Shown here: one piece after another, positions 20,554 through 28,339 of the stretch
Layout: every line of letters begins with the position of its first letter
Position numbering within the stretch: position 1 is the stretch's first letter
Assembly (NCBI GenBank): GCA_947627735.1
Contig: CANQXG010000001.1
Coordinates: 80,406 to 144,405, forward strand
DNA: 64,000 nt
Source of the DNA: an uncultured Oscillospiraceae bacterium
GTDB lineage: Bacteria; Bacillota; Clostridia; Oscillospirales; Oscillospiraceae
Direction of reading: 5' to 3'
Made by a program: the position numbers and the translations under genes
Notes under the pieces: model-generated
What the model saw: only the letters and a program-made list of their open reading frames with translations
Database searches by the model: none
Told to the model about the DNA's origin: nothing

Positions 20554-21294
20554 TCAGATCGGCAGATTGGAGAAGAAATAGGGCAGCTGCTTCTTCCACC
20601 AGGGCCAGTCGTGGCACACGTCCGGACCCCAGTAATCCGCCCACACAGGCACGCCCTTGACGTGTAGTATGGACTCCAGCCGCCGCTCGTGGGCCATCAT
20701 CTCCTCGTCCCAGGCCCCCTGCCCGGAGCACAGGATGATGTTGCTCTGCCGGTACATGTCCAGCCAGGGGTGGTCATAGGGCATGTTGGGGATGAATCGC
20801 AGCGGGGAGTTTGCGTACGTCAGGTCGTCCTGGTAGCTGCCGAAGAAGAAGTCGGCGTCGAACAGCCCGCTCAGGGAGATCACCGTGTCGAACAGGTCGG
20901 GCCGCCGGAAGAAGAAGTTGGCCGCGTGCAGCGCGCCCATGCTGCAGCCGGTGGTCATGGCCTTGCGGTCGTCGCAGCCCAGCTCATAGCACCGGGGCAG
21001 CAGCTCGTCCGTCACGTAGGCGAACCATCTCTCCTGCTGCTCCAGCCGCCACCGGGGGTCGCCGCCGGCGTTGGACCAGGTCTCCCCGTCTATGGCGTCC
21101 ACGCCCACGATCATCACCCGGCCCTCCTCTACCCAGGAGGCCACCGTGTCCACCATGCCGTAGTTGGCAAAGTCGAAAAACCGGCCGTTCTGGGGCGGGA
21201 AGGCAAAGCAGAGCTTGCCGCCGTGACCGTATACCTCGAACTCCATATCCCTGTCCAGGTTATGGCTGTACTCCTTGAAATAGCGCACTTGCAT
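20554..21294 (-). CDS. esterase-D / putative-esterase (PF00756-like) family serine hydrolase (246 aa)
   Basis: Nucleophile elbow GCSMGALHA followed by RRPDLFDTVISLSGLFD, resembling the S-formylglutathione hydrolase/esterase D pattern GHSMGG..P..F..vSaFSP. Confidence 0.7.
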   Translation of the reverse strand: MQVRYFKEYSHNLDRDMEFEVYGHGGKLCFAFPPQNGRFFDFANYGMVDTVASWVEEGRVMIVGVDAIDGETWSNAGGDPRWRLEQQERWFAYVTDELLPRCYELGCDDRKAMTTGCSMGALHAANFFFRRPDLFDTVISLSGLFDADFFFGSYQDDLTYANSPLRFIPNMPYDHPWLDMYRQSNIILCSGQGAWDEEMMAHERRLESILHVKGVPVWADYWGPDVCHDWPWWKKQLPYFFSNLPI

Positions 21295-21314
21295 CCCTTT
21301 GCTGCTCCTCTCTT

Positions 21315-22505
21315 TTATGCCCGCTCCCCGACGAAGCGGATAAATTCCTTCGCCTCGGCCTCATCGGCGGCGTGGATGGTATACATCTGGTTGCCCATGG
21401 CGTCGGACAGGGCGTCCGGCATCCGCTCGCACATGGCCATCTGGCCGCCATAGCGGGCCATGATCTCCTCATGGCTGTGGACGTAGTGGCTGGCGTCCCG
21501 GCGGCTGGCATAGGCGCAGTAGTGGTCCTGGCCGCTGGGGGCCATGCGCCGCTCGTCGAAGGCCACCATGTCCGCCCAGATCTGATAGACGTCGGTGCTG
21601 TGGGCGAAGTTTATCATGTCCGGGGTATAGCCGCCGGCGGGGCGCATGTTCACCTCCAGGCCCACGAAGTCCCCGATCTCGCCCAGGCCGGGCTTGGCCT
21701 TCGTCAGCTCGAAGAACTCCAGATGGACGAACCGGCTGGCGGCGCCGAAGGCCTTGGCCGTGCGCCGGCCCCGCTCCGCCAGGGCCTGGGGCACCGTGTC
21801 GGCCACGTAATAGGCCAGGTCCCCCTGCTCGTTGACGATGTCGGCGATGGAGGGCGGGAAGATGCCCGTGGACTCGATCAGCGGCTCGCACTTGCTGTCC
21901 ATGATGGCGTCATAGGACCGGATGGCCCCCCAGACGAACTCCTCCATCACATACTCCACCGGGGGCTTCTCGGCGAAGAACCGCTCCAGGTCGGCGTCGT
22001 TCTCCAGCTTCCAGGTGTGGCTGGCGCCCACGCCATTGTCCGGCTTGACGATCACCGGCCAGCCCACCTGGGCGATGAAATCCCGGGCGGCGGCGATGTC
22101 GGTGACGTTGTGGCACCGGGCGGTGGGCACCTGGGCCTTGGCGTAATAGGCCTTCATGCCGGACTTGCTCTTGAACGCCGCCACGCCCTCGCTGTCCACG
22201 CCGGTGGTGATGTGAAAGTCCGTCCGCAGCCGGGCGTCCTGCTCCAGCCAATACTCGTTGTTGGACTCCAGCCAGTCGATCTTCCCGTACTTGTAGGAGA
22301 AATAGGCCACGGCCCGGAACACCTGGTCATAGTCCTCCAGGGTGTCCACCTTGTAGTACTCCGTCAGGGCGTCCCGCAGGCCGCTCTCCAGCTCCCCGTA
22401 GGGGCAGTCCCCCACCCCCAGCACGGTCACGCCGTTTTTCCGCAGTCTGTCACAGAAGTTCCAGTATGTACGGGGAAAGTTCGGTGAGATGAATACAAAG
22501 TTCAT
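21315..22505 (-). CDS. ATP-grasp domain protein, carboxylate-amine/thiol ligase-like (396 aa)
   Basis: Central ATP-grasp pattern (WPVIVKPDNGVGASHTWKL, EEFVWG, HLEFFEL..., GLEVNMRPAGG). Substrate unknown. Confidence 0.7.
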   Translation of the reverse strand: MNFVFISPNFPRTYWNFCDRLRKNGVTVLGVGDCPYGELESGLRDALTEYYKVDTLEDYDQVFRAVAYFSYKYGKIDWLESNNEYWLEQDARLRTDFHITTGVDSEGVAAFKSKSGMKAYYAKAQVPTARCHNVTDIAAARDFIAQVGWPVIVKPDNGVGASHTWKLENDADLERFFAEKPPVEYVMEEFVWGAIRSYDAIMDSKCEPLIESTGIFPPSIADIVNEQGDLAYYVADTVPQALAERGRRTAKAFGAASRFVHLEFFELTKAKPGLGEIGDFVGLEVNMRPAGGYTPDMINFAHSTDVYQIWADMVAFDERRMAPSGQDHYCAYASRRDASHYVHSHEEIMARYGGQMAMCERMPDALSDAMGNQMYTIHAADEAEAKEFIRFVGERA

Positions 22506-22532
22506 AGTGCAGCTCCTCTCTTTATCCCGGCT

Positions 22533-22901
22533 TTACCGGACCGGTACGATCTCGATCCAGTATCCGTCCGGGTCCTCGATGAAATAGATCCCCATGGCGG
22601 GGTTTTCAAAGCACACGCAGCCCATGGCCCGGTGCTTTGCGTGCAGCGCGTCGAAGTCATCCGCCTGGAAGGCCAGATGGTACTCCCCCTCCCCCAGGTC
22701 ATAGGGCTGGGTGCGGTCGGCCAGCCACGTCAGCTCCAGCTGGAAGGGGCTGTCCTCCCTGTCCCTGAGGAACACCAGCTTGAACGAGCCGTCCTCCGCC
22801 GTCTTCTCCCGGGCGGGGGTCAGGCCCAGGGCCTGCTCATAAAAGGCCAGGCTCCTGTCCAGGTCCAGGACGTTGAAATTGAAGTGGTTGAAACGGATCA
22901 T
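22533..22901 (-). CDS. VOC-family protein, glyoxalase I-like (122 aa)
   Basis: MIRFNHFNFNVLDLDRSLAFYEQALGL, HLAF and DPDGYWIEIV fit lactoylglutathione-lyase-type VOC proteins. AAGGGGG RBS. Confidence 0.8.
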   Translation of the reverse strand: MIRFNHFNFNVLDLDRSLAFYEQALGLTPAREKTAEDGSFKLVFLRDREDSPFQLELTWLADRTQPYDLGEGEYHLAFQADDFDALHAKHRAMGCVCFENPAMGIYFIEDPDGYWIEIVPVR

Positions 22902-22918
22902 AAGTTCCCCCTTGGCGC

Positions 22919-24181
22919 TCAGCGCGCTTTCTTGTCCACCCACTCGGGGCGGGTCTTGGAGTAGACGATCTTCTGCTCGCTGTAAAGACCGAAATACCCC
23001 GACAGCATATAACTCACCGCGCAGGCCAGTGCATACAGCACCACCGCCTCCCCGCCGAACAGCTCATAGCTGAGCAGCATGGAGGTGATGGGGCAGTTGG
23101 TGGCCCCGCAGAACACCGCCGCCATGCCCAGCGCCCCGGAAAAGGCGTGGGGCAGCCCCAGCAGCGGCCCGGCCCATGTGCCGAAGGCACAGCCCACGCA
23201 CAGCGCCGGCACGATCTCCCCGCCCCGGAAGCCCGCTCCCAGGGTCAGGGCTGTGAACAGCATCTTCAGCAAAAAGGCGTACCAGATGGTCTGCCCGCCC
23301 AGCAGCTTGCGGATCAGCTCATCCCCCGCGCCGCTGTAAAGCCCGCTGTCCGGCAATATGAGCAGCAGCGCCAGCACCAGCGCCCCGCCCGCCGCCGCCC
23401 GGATCACCGGATCGGGCAGATATCGCTCATAGAGCTTGTGGGACGCGTGCATGGCGGCGCAGAACGCCACGCTCACCAGCGCACACATCGCCCCCAGCGC
23501 CACGGTCTGGGCCATGGACGCCCCCGTCAGAGCGGGCGCCTGCCCCGCGGCGTAGCCCACCAGGCCGTGCAGGCCCAGCGCCCGGGCCAGCAAAAAGCCG
23601 CTGACCGACGCCACCAGGCAGGGCACGAAGGCCACGTAGTACATGACCCCCACGCTCACCACCTCCATGGCAAACACCGCCGCGGTGATGGGGGTGCCGA
23701 ACAGGGCGGAGAATGCCGCGGCCATGCCGCACATCACCATCACCCGCTCGTCCTTCTCGTCCAGGCGCAGCACCTTGCCGGCCCAGGCGGCCATGGACCC
23801 GCCCAGCTGCAGCGCCGCCCCCTCCCGGCCGGCGGAGCCGCCCGCCAGATGGGTCAGCACCGTGGACAGGAAGATCAGCGGCGCCATGCGCAGGGGCATG
23901 GGTTCCGCCTCCCGCACGGCCACCAGCACCAGGTTGGTGCCCCGGTCCTTCTCCATGCCGCACACCCGGTACAGCAGCACGATGGCGGCCCCCGCCGCCG
24001 GCAGCAGCCAGCGCACCCAGGGAAACATGGTCCGCACCCCCGTGACCGTGCCGATGCACCAGTGGAAAGCGGTGGCGGCGGCGCCCACGACCAGGCCCAC
24101 CCCGGCGGCCAGCACCACCCACTTCAAGAACGCGGCCGCAGCCGATCCGGCGGCCCGCAGGGTCTCTTTCACTGCGTTCAT
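22919..24181 (-). CDS. CLC-family channel/antiporter with CLC-F-like (fluoride/proton antiporter) motifs (420 aa)
   Basis: Multi-TM protein with GTNLV, GSAGREGAALQ and GGEIVP in the positions of the CLC selectivity motifs. Start taken at MNAVKETL. Confidence 0.75.
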   Translation of the reverse strand: MNAVKETLRAAGSAAAAFLKWVVLAAGVGLVVGAAATAFHWCIGTVTGVRTMFPWVRWLLPAAGAAIVLLYRVCGMEKDRGTNLVLVAVREAEPMPLRMAPLIFLSTVLTHLAGGSAGREGAALQLGGSMAAWAGKVLRLDEKDERVMVMCGMAAAFSALFGTPITAAVFAMEVVSVGVMYYVAFVPCLVASVSGFLLARALGLHGLVGYAAGQAPALTGASMAQTVALGAMCALVSVAFCAAMHASHKLYERYLPDPVIRAAAGGALVLALLLILPDSGLYSGAGDELIRKLLGGQTIWYAFLLKMLFTALTLGAGFRGGEIVPALCVGCAFGTWAGPLLGLPHAFSGALGMAAVFCGATNCPITSMLLSYELFGGEAVVLYALACAVSYMLSGYFGLYSEQKIVYSKTRPEWVDKKAR

Positions 24182-24285
24182 CGTCACACCTCGTACAAAT
24201 GTACGTCTGGGAAGATTATACCACACTCTCCGCCTGCGCGCACCATATTTTGCCGGGGAGCGAAATGCCCCGCCGGGCCGGTCTG

Positions 24286-24315
24286 TTGACGAATCGGCCC
24301 GGAGTGGTGTATAAT
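24286..24315 (+). promoter_or_regulatory. putative sigma-A promoter of the E2-like gene
   Basis: TTGACG, an 18-nt spacer and TATAAT, about 50 nt upstream of the ATG at 24366 (GGGAGGG RBS). Confidence 0.55.
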
Positions 24316-24365
24316 CAGTCGTACCGGCCCCGGCCGGCCCACACTCCACATCCGGGAGGGACACC

Positions 24366-25250
24366 ATGCCTGATCGTTACGCCCGCCGGCGCATGACCGA
24401 CCGCAGGGACGGCCGGCGGCTGCGCACCATATCGCCGCTGTTCCAGCTGTCGCCCTTCACGGTGCTGGACCCCAGCGACGGCACCAACAGCTTCACCGAC
24501 ACCGCCGACCTGGCCGCCGTGGAGGCGTGGCTCCGTGCCCGGCGCCGGGAGGGGGACGAGAGCATGTCCCTGGTGCATGTGGTCATCGCCGCCTATGTGC
24601 GGATGCTGGCCCTGCGCCCGGCCATGAACCGGTTCGTTTCCGGACGGTTCATCTACGCCCGGGACACCATCGACATCGTGCTCACCTCCGGCGGCAGCGG
24701 CACCGCGGACACCTCCGGCATGAGCTTCACCGTCCGCTTCCAGCCCACGGACACGGTCTACGACGTGTACCGGAAGATCAACGCCCGGCTGGACAACCTG
24801 AGGGCGGACCAGTCCGCCGACCGGCTGGAGCGGCTGGCGGCCACGCTGGTAAAGACGCCTCGGTTCATCCTCCGCTTCGCCATCGGCGTGCTGCGGTGGC
24901 TGGACTACCACGGGTGGCTGAGCGCCTCTCTGACGGAGAAAAGCCCCTATCACGGCTCCGCCTTCATCTCCGACGAGGGCGCGTTCCACCTGCCCCCCGT
25001 CCGCAGGAGCCTGAACCGGCTGGGCGGGCTGCCGGTGTACCTGTCCCTGGGCCGGGTCCGCACCGTCACGGAGCTGGACAAGGCAGGCCGCCTGGCGGAG
25101 AGAAAGGTGCTGGACTATACCGTCAGCTACGACAGCCGCATCGCCGACAGCGCCTATATTGGCTCCGCCTTCCGCTATTTCCGCTACTATATGGCCAATC
25201 CCGAAACGCTGGAGTCGGCCCCCGAGCGGGTCAACGACGACGCCCTGTGA
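24366..25250 (+). CDS. stand-alone 2-oxoacid dehydrogenase E2 acyltransferase catalytic-domain-like protein (294 aa)
   Basis: Colinear with the E2/CAT-fold catalytic domain (SLVHVVIAAYVRMLALRPAMNRF, ...VSYDSRIADSAYIGSAFRYF). It has no lipoyl or E1/E3-binding domain. Confidence 0.65.
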   Translation: MPDRYARRRMTDRRDGRRLRTISPLFQLSPFTVLDPSDGTNSFTDTADLAAVEAWLRARRREGDESMSLVHVVIAAYVRMLALRPAMNRFVSGRFIYARDTIDIVLTSGGSGTADTSGMSFTVRFQPTDTVYDVYRKINARLDNLRADQSADRLERLAATLVKTPRFILRFAIGVLRWLDYHGWLSASLTEKSPYHGSAFISDEGAFHLPPVRRSLNRLGGLPVYLSLGRVRTVTELDKAGRLAERKVLDYTVSYDSRIADSAYIGSAFRYFRYYMANPETLESAPERVNDDAL

Positions 25251-25263
25251 TACCTATCCGCCC

Positions 25264-25298
25264 GGCGGCGTGACCATCCGGTCACGCCGCCGTTTTTT
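25264..25298. terminator. intrinsic terminator between convergent genes
   Basis: 12-bp stem ggcggcgtgacc / ggtcacgccgcc followed by tttttt. Confidence 0.8.
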
Positions 25299-25301
25299 GT
25301 T

Positions 25302-26114
25302 TTACGCCAAGAGCACGCTGTCGTTGGTGATGGAGTTGCCGCTGATCTCGGTGAATTTGTCCAGCAGCTCCGCCATGGTCAGCCGCTTTTTCTCCTCCCC
25401 CGCCACATCGAAGATGATCCGGCCCTCGTTCATCATGATGAGCCGGTTGCCGTGGGCGATGGCGTCTTTCATGTTGTGGGTCACCATGAAGGCGGTCAGG
25501 TGGTTCTCCCGGATGATGGTGTCGGTGGTATCCAGCACCTTTTCCGCCGTCTTGGGGTCCAGGGCGGCGGTGTGTTCGTCCAGCAGCAGCAGCTTGGGCT
25601 TTTTCAGCGTGGCCATCAGCAGCGTCAGCGCCTGGCGCTGGCCGCCGGACAGCAGGCCCACCTTGGCGCTCATGCGCTCCTCCAGGCCCAGATCCAGGGT
25701 CTTGAGCAGCTCGCGGTACTGCTCCTGCTCCTTTTTGGTGATGCCCCGGCGCAGGGTGCGCTTCTCCCCCCGGCGCAGGGCCAGGGCCAGGTTCTCCTGG
25801 ATCTCCATGGTGGCGGCGGTGCCGGTCATGGGGTCCTGGAACACCCGCCCCAGATACCTGGCGCGCTTATACTCCGGCAGGCCGGTCACGTTCTCCCCGT
25901 CGATGAGGATGGTGCCCGCGTCCACCGGCCACACGCCGGCGATGGCGTTCAAGGCCGTGGATTTGCCCGCGCCGTTGGAGCCGATGACGGTGACGAAGTC
26001 CCCCTCCGCCAGGGTGAGTTCCAGCCCGTTCAGGGCCCTCTTTTCATTCACCGTGCCCGGATTGAAGGTCTTGTAAACGCCGTGCAGCTCCAGCATCGAT
26101 CTCGTATCAGACAT
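25302..26114 (-). CDS. ABC transporter ATP-binding protein, COG1101-type (270 aa)
   Basis: Walker A GSNGAGKST, LSGGQRQALTLLMA, Walker B LLLDEHTAALDP, MVTHNM. Confidence 0.9.
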   Translation of the reverse strand: MSDTRSMLELHGVYKTFNPGTVNEKRALNGLELTLAEGDFVTVIGSNGAGKSTALNAIAGVWPVDAGTILIDGENVTGLPEYKRARYLGRVFQDPMTGTAATMEIQENLALALRRGEKRTLRRGITKKEQEQYRELLKTLDLGLEERMSAKVGLLSGGQRQALTLLMATLKKPKLLLLDEHTAALDPKTAEKVLDTTDTIIRENHLTAFMVTHNMKDAIAHGNRLIMMNEGRIIFDVAGEEKKRLTMAELLDKFTEISGNSITNDSVLLA

Positions 26115-27051
26115 CGGTCCCGACCTCCTTTTTGGCTTTGGTGAAGTACTTCTCCTTCCAGTAGGGCACGGTGAGGAACACCGCCACCACCAGGGCCGTG
26201 AGGAGCTTCAGGTCCGTGGACTCCAGGCCCAGCCGCAGCACCAGGGTGATCACCGCATAATAGATGATGGCGCCGATGACGGAGGCCAGCAGCTTCAGTG
26301 CAAAGTTGCGGAACACCTTGTCCAGCAGCACCTCGCCGATGATGACGGCGGCCAGGCCGATGACGATGGCGCCCCGGCCCATGTCGATGGTGACGCTGCC
26401 GGAATACTGGGCCAGCAGGGCGCCGGACATGGCCACCATGCCGTTGGACACCACCAGGCCCAGCACCTTGTTCTTATCGGTGTTGATGCCCTGGGCGCGG
26501 CTCATGTTCTGGTTGGCGCCGGTGGCCCGGATGGAACAGCCCAGCTCCGTGCCGAAGAACCAGTACAGCAGCCCGATGGCCGCCGCCACGATGATGGCCA
26601 GCAGCAGGATGGGATTGCGCAACGACAGCTCCCGCACGAACCGGGACGACACCAGAAGGGGATTTCTGTCCACGCTCAGGGCCAGGGTGGCCTTGGTCTT
26701 GGCGGTGTCGCCGATGGCCATGATGCGCAGGTTCAGGGAGTAAAGCGCCAGTTGGGTCAGGATGCCCGACAGGATGGCCGGGATGCCGCAGGCGGTGTGG
26801 AGCAGTCCCGTTATCAGCCCCGCCAGCATACCGGCGAGGATGGCGGCGAGCATCGCCACCCAGGGATTGACGCCCATGACGATCAGCACCCCGCACACCG
26901 CGCCGCCGGTGGCCAGGGAGCCGTCCACCGTCAGGTCGGCCACATCCAGGATCTTATAGGTCAGATACACGCCGATGGCCATCAGGCCCCAGGCGAGGCC
27001 CTGCCCGCAGGCGCCGGGCAGAGAGTTCACAAACGACAGCAGCACGTTCAT
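26107..27051 (-). CDS. ABC transporter permease, COG4120 / BPD_transp_2 type (314 aa)
   Basis: Highly hydrophobic, with DLTVDGSLATGGAV and GANQNMSRAQGINTD motifs. The ATG at 27051 has a GGAGGAG RBS. Confidence 0.85.
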   Translation of the reverse strand: MNVLLSFVNSLPGACGQGLAWGLMAIGVYLTYKILDVADLTVDGSLATGGAVCGVLIVMGVNPWVAMLAAILAGMLAGLITGLLHTACGIPAILSGILTQLALYSLNLRIMAIGDTAKTKATLALSVDRNPLLVSSRFVRELSLRNPILLLAIIVAAAIGLLYWFFGTELGCSIRATGANQNMSRAQGINTDKNKVLGLVVSNGMVAMSGALLAQYSGSVTIDMGRGAIVIGLAAVIIGEVLLDKVFRNFALKLLASVIGAIIYYAVITLVLRLGLESTDLKLLTALVVAVFLTVPYWKEKYFTKAKKEVGTDV

Positions 27052-27093
27052 GGCGGGGTCTCCTCCGTTCAACTCAAGCAAAAGGGATCATAG

Positions 27094-27127
27094 CAAAAAA
27101 CAGAGGGAAATGAAAGCATTTCCCTCT
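27094..27127 (-). terminator. intercistronic intrinsic terminator/attenuator between the SBP and permease genes
   Basis: On the minus strand: stem agagggaaatg / catttccctct followed by gtttttt. Confidence 0.6.
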
Positions 27128-27140
27128 TCTTTTTCGTCTG

Positions 27141-27169
27141 CTTCGCCCAGCCCATGGGGCTGGGCGAAG
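27141..27169 (-). other. stable GC-rich hairpin directly after the SBP stop codon
   Basis: cttcgcccagccc / gggctgggcgaag, a 13-bp stem. Likely a 3' stabiliser or processing site. Confidence 0.5.
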
Positions 27170-27185
27170 CGGTCAAAGTGAGATA

Positions 27186-28169
27186 TCACTCGGCCTCCAG
27201 GGGGATGTAGTCCTCGGGGACGGTGATGCCCAGCGCCTCGCAGTTGGCTGCGTTGTAGAGCTTATCCAGGGTGGTGTCGAAGCCGACGGCGGTCTCCTCG
27301 ATCTTGGCAGCGCCGGTCAGGATATCGGCGGCCATCTGGCCGGTGATCTGGCCCAGCTCATAGTAGCTGATGGACAGGGTGGCCACGCCGCAGCCCTGGC
27401 AGATGCCGGACTCGCCGGCCACTACGGGCACCTTGGCGGGCAGCACCACGTCCGCGATGGTGGAGGTGTTGTTGGCGGCGGTGTTGTCGGTGGGGATGTA
27501 GATCACGTCGGAGTTGTCGCAGGCGCTCTGGGTCACGGCCTGCAGGTCGTTCACGTCGTTAAAGGCATAGGGGGTGCAGGTGTAGCCCATATCCTGCAGG
27601 TAGCCCTGGATGGTCTCGATCTGGTAGACGGAGTTAGGCTCGGCGGAGCAGTACAGCAGACCCACGTTCTCCGCATCGGGGAACAGCTCCTGGATCATAG
27701 CGGCCTGCTGGTCCAGCGGGGCCAGGTCGGAGGTTCCGGACACGTTGCCGCCCAGGACCTTGTCGTCGGTGGTGTCCAGCTCCAGCGCCACGCCGTAGTT
27801 GGTGACGGCGGTGCCCAGGATGGGGATATCGGCGGTGGCGGAAGCCGCGGCCTGCACGGCGGGGGTGGCGTTGGCCAGGATCAGGTCCACATGGTTGGCC
27901 ACGAAGCCGTCCACGATGGTGGTGCAGTTGGCAGGCTCGCCGCCGGCGTTCTGCTCGTCGAAGGTGACGGCGTCGCCCAGCGCCTCGGTCAGGGCGTCCT
28001 TAAAGCCCTGGGTGGCCTGGTCCAGCGCCGGATGGGGCGCCAGCTGGCAGATGCCCACGGTATAGGTCTCGGTCTCGTTGCCGGAGGCGGCCTTGTCGCC
28101 GGAGCCGCCGCAGGCGGTCAGGGTCAGGACCATGACCAGCGCGAGCAGAAGAGCAAGAGTCTTTTTCAT
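27186..28169 (-). CDS. ABC transporter substrate-binding lipoprotein, COG2984 / ABC_sub_bind type (327 aa)
   Basis: MKKTLALLLALVMVLTLTACGG lipoprotein signal. ICQLAPHPALDQA and IYIPTDNTAANN are typical of the family. AAAGGAAAC RBS. Confidence 0.85.
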   Translation of the reverse strand: MKKTLALLLALVMVLTLTACGGSGDKAASGNETETYTVGICQLAPHPALDQATQGFKDALTEALGDAVTFDEQNAGGEPANCTTIVDGFVANHVDLILANATPAVQAAASATADIPILGTAVTNYGVALELDTTDDKVLGGNVSGTSDLAPLDQQAAMIQELFPDAENVGLLYCSAEPNSVYQIETIQGYLQDMGYTCTPYAFNDVNDLQAVTQSACDNSDVIYIPTDNTAANNTSTIADVVLPAKVPVVAGESGICQGCGVATLSISYYELGQITGQMAADILTGAAKIEETAVGFDTTLDKLYNAANCEALGITVPEDYIPLEAE

Positions 28170-28232
28170 CTCATCGTTTCCTTTCAGTTTCATGATTTAA
28201 GGCTTTGCACAAGCAAACTAAATTCGTCCTAT

Positions 28233-28261
28233 ATACTATTACTTAAAAAGACGGATGTCAA
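28233..28261 (-). promoter_or_regulatory. putative sigma-A promoter of the COG2984 ABC operon
   Basis: On the minus strand: TTGACA, a 17-nt spacer and TAGTAT. The -35 overlaps the descending arm of the tyrS terminator. Confidence 0.5.
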
Positions 28262-28299
28262 TGCACAGTTCCGCCAAAAACCGCCCATCGACATCCGTC
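28245..28299 (-). terminator. terminator after tyrS
   Basis: On the minus strand: 10-bp stem gacggatgtc / gacatccgtc with a 30-nt loop, followed by ttttt. Confidence 0.5.
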
Positions 28300-28339
28300 C
28301 CCTTATGGCATTATCCCTGTCCATCAGACAGGCTTATAG

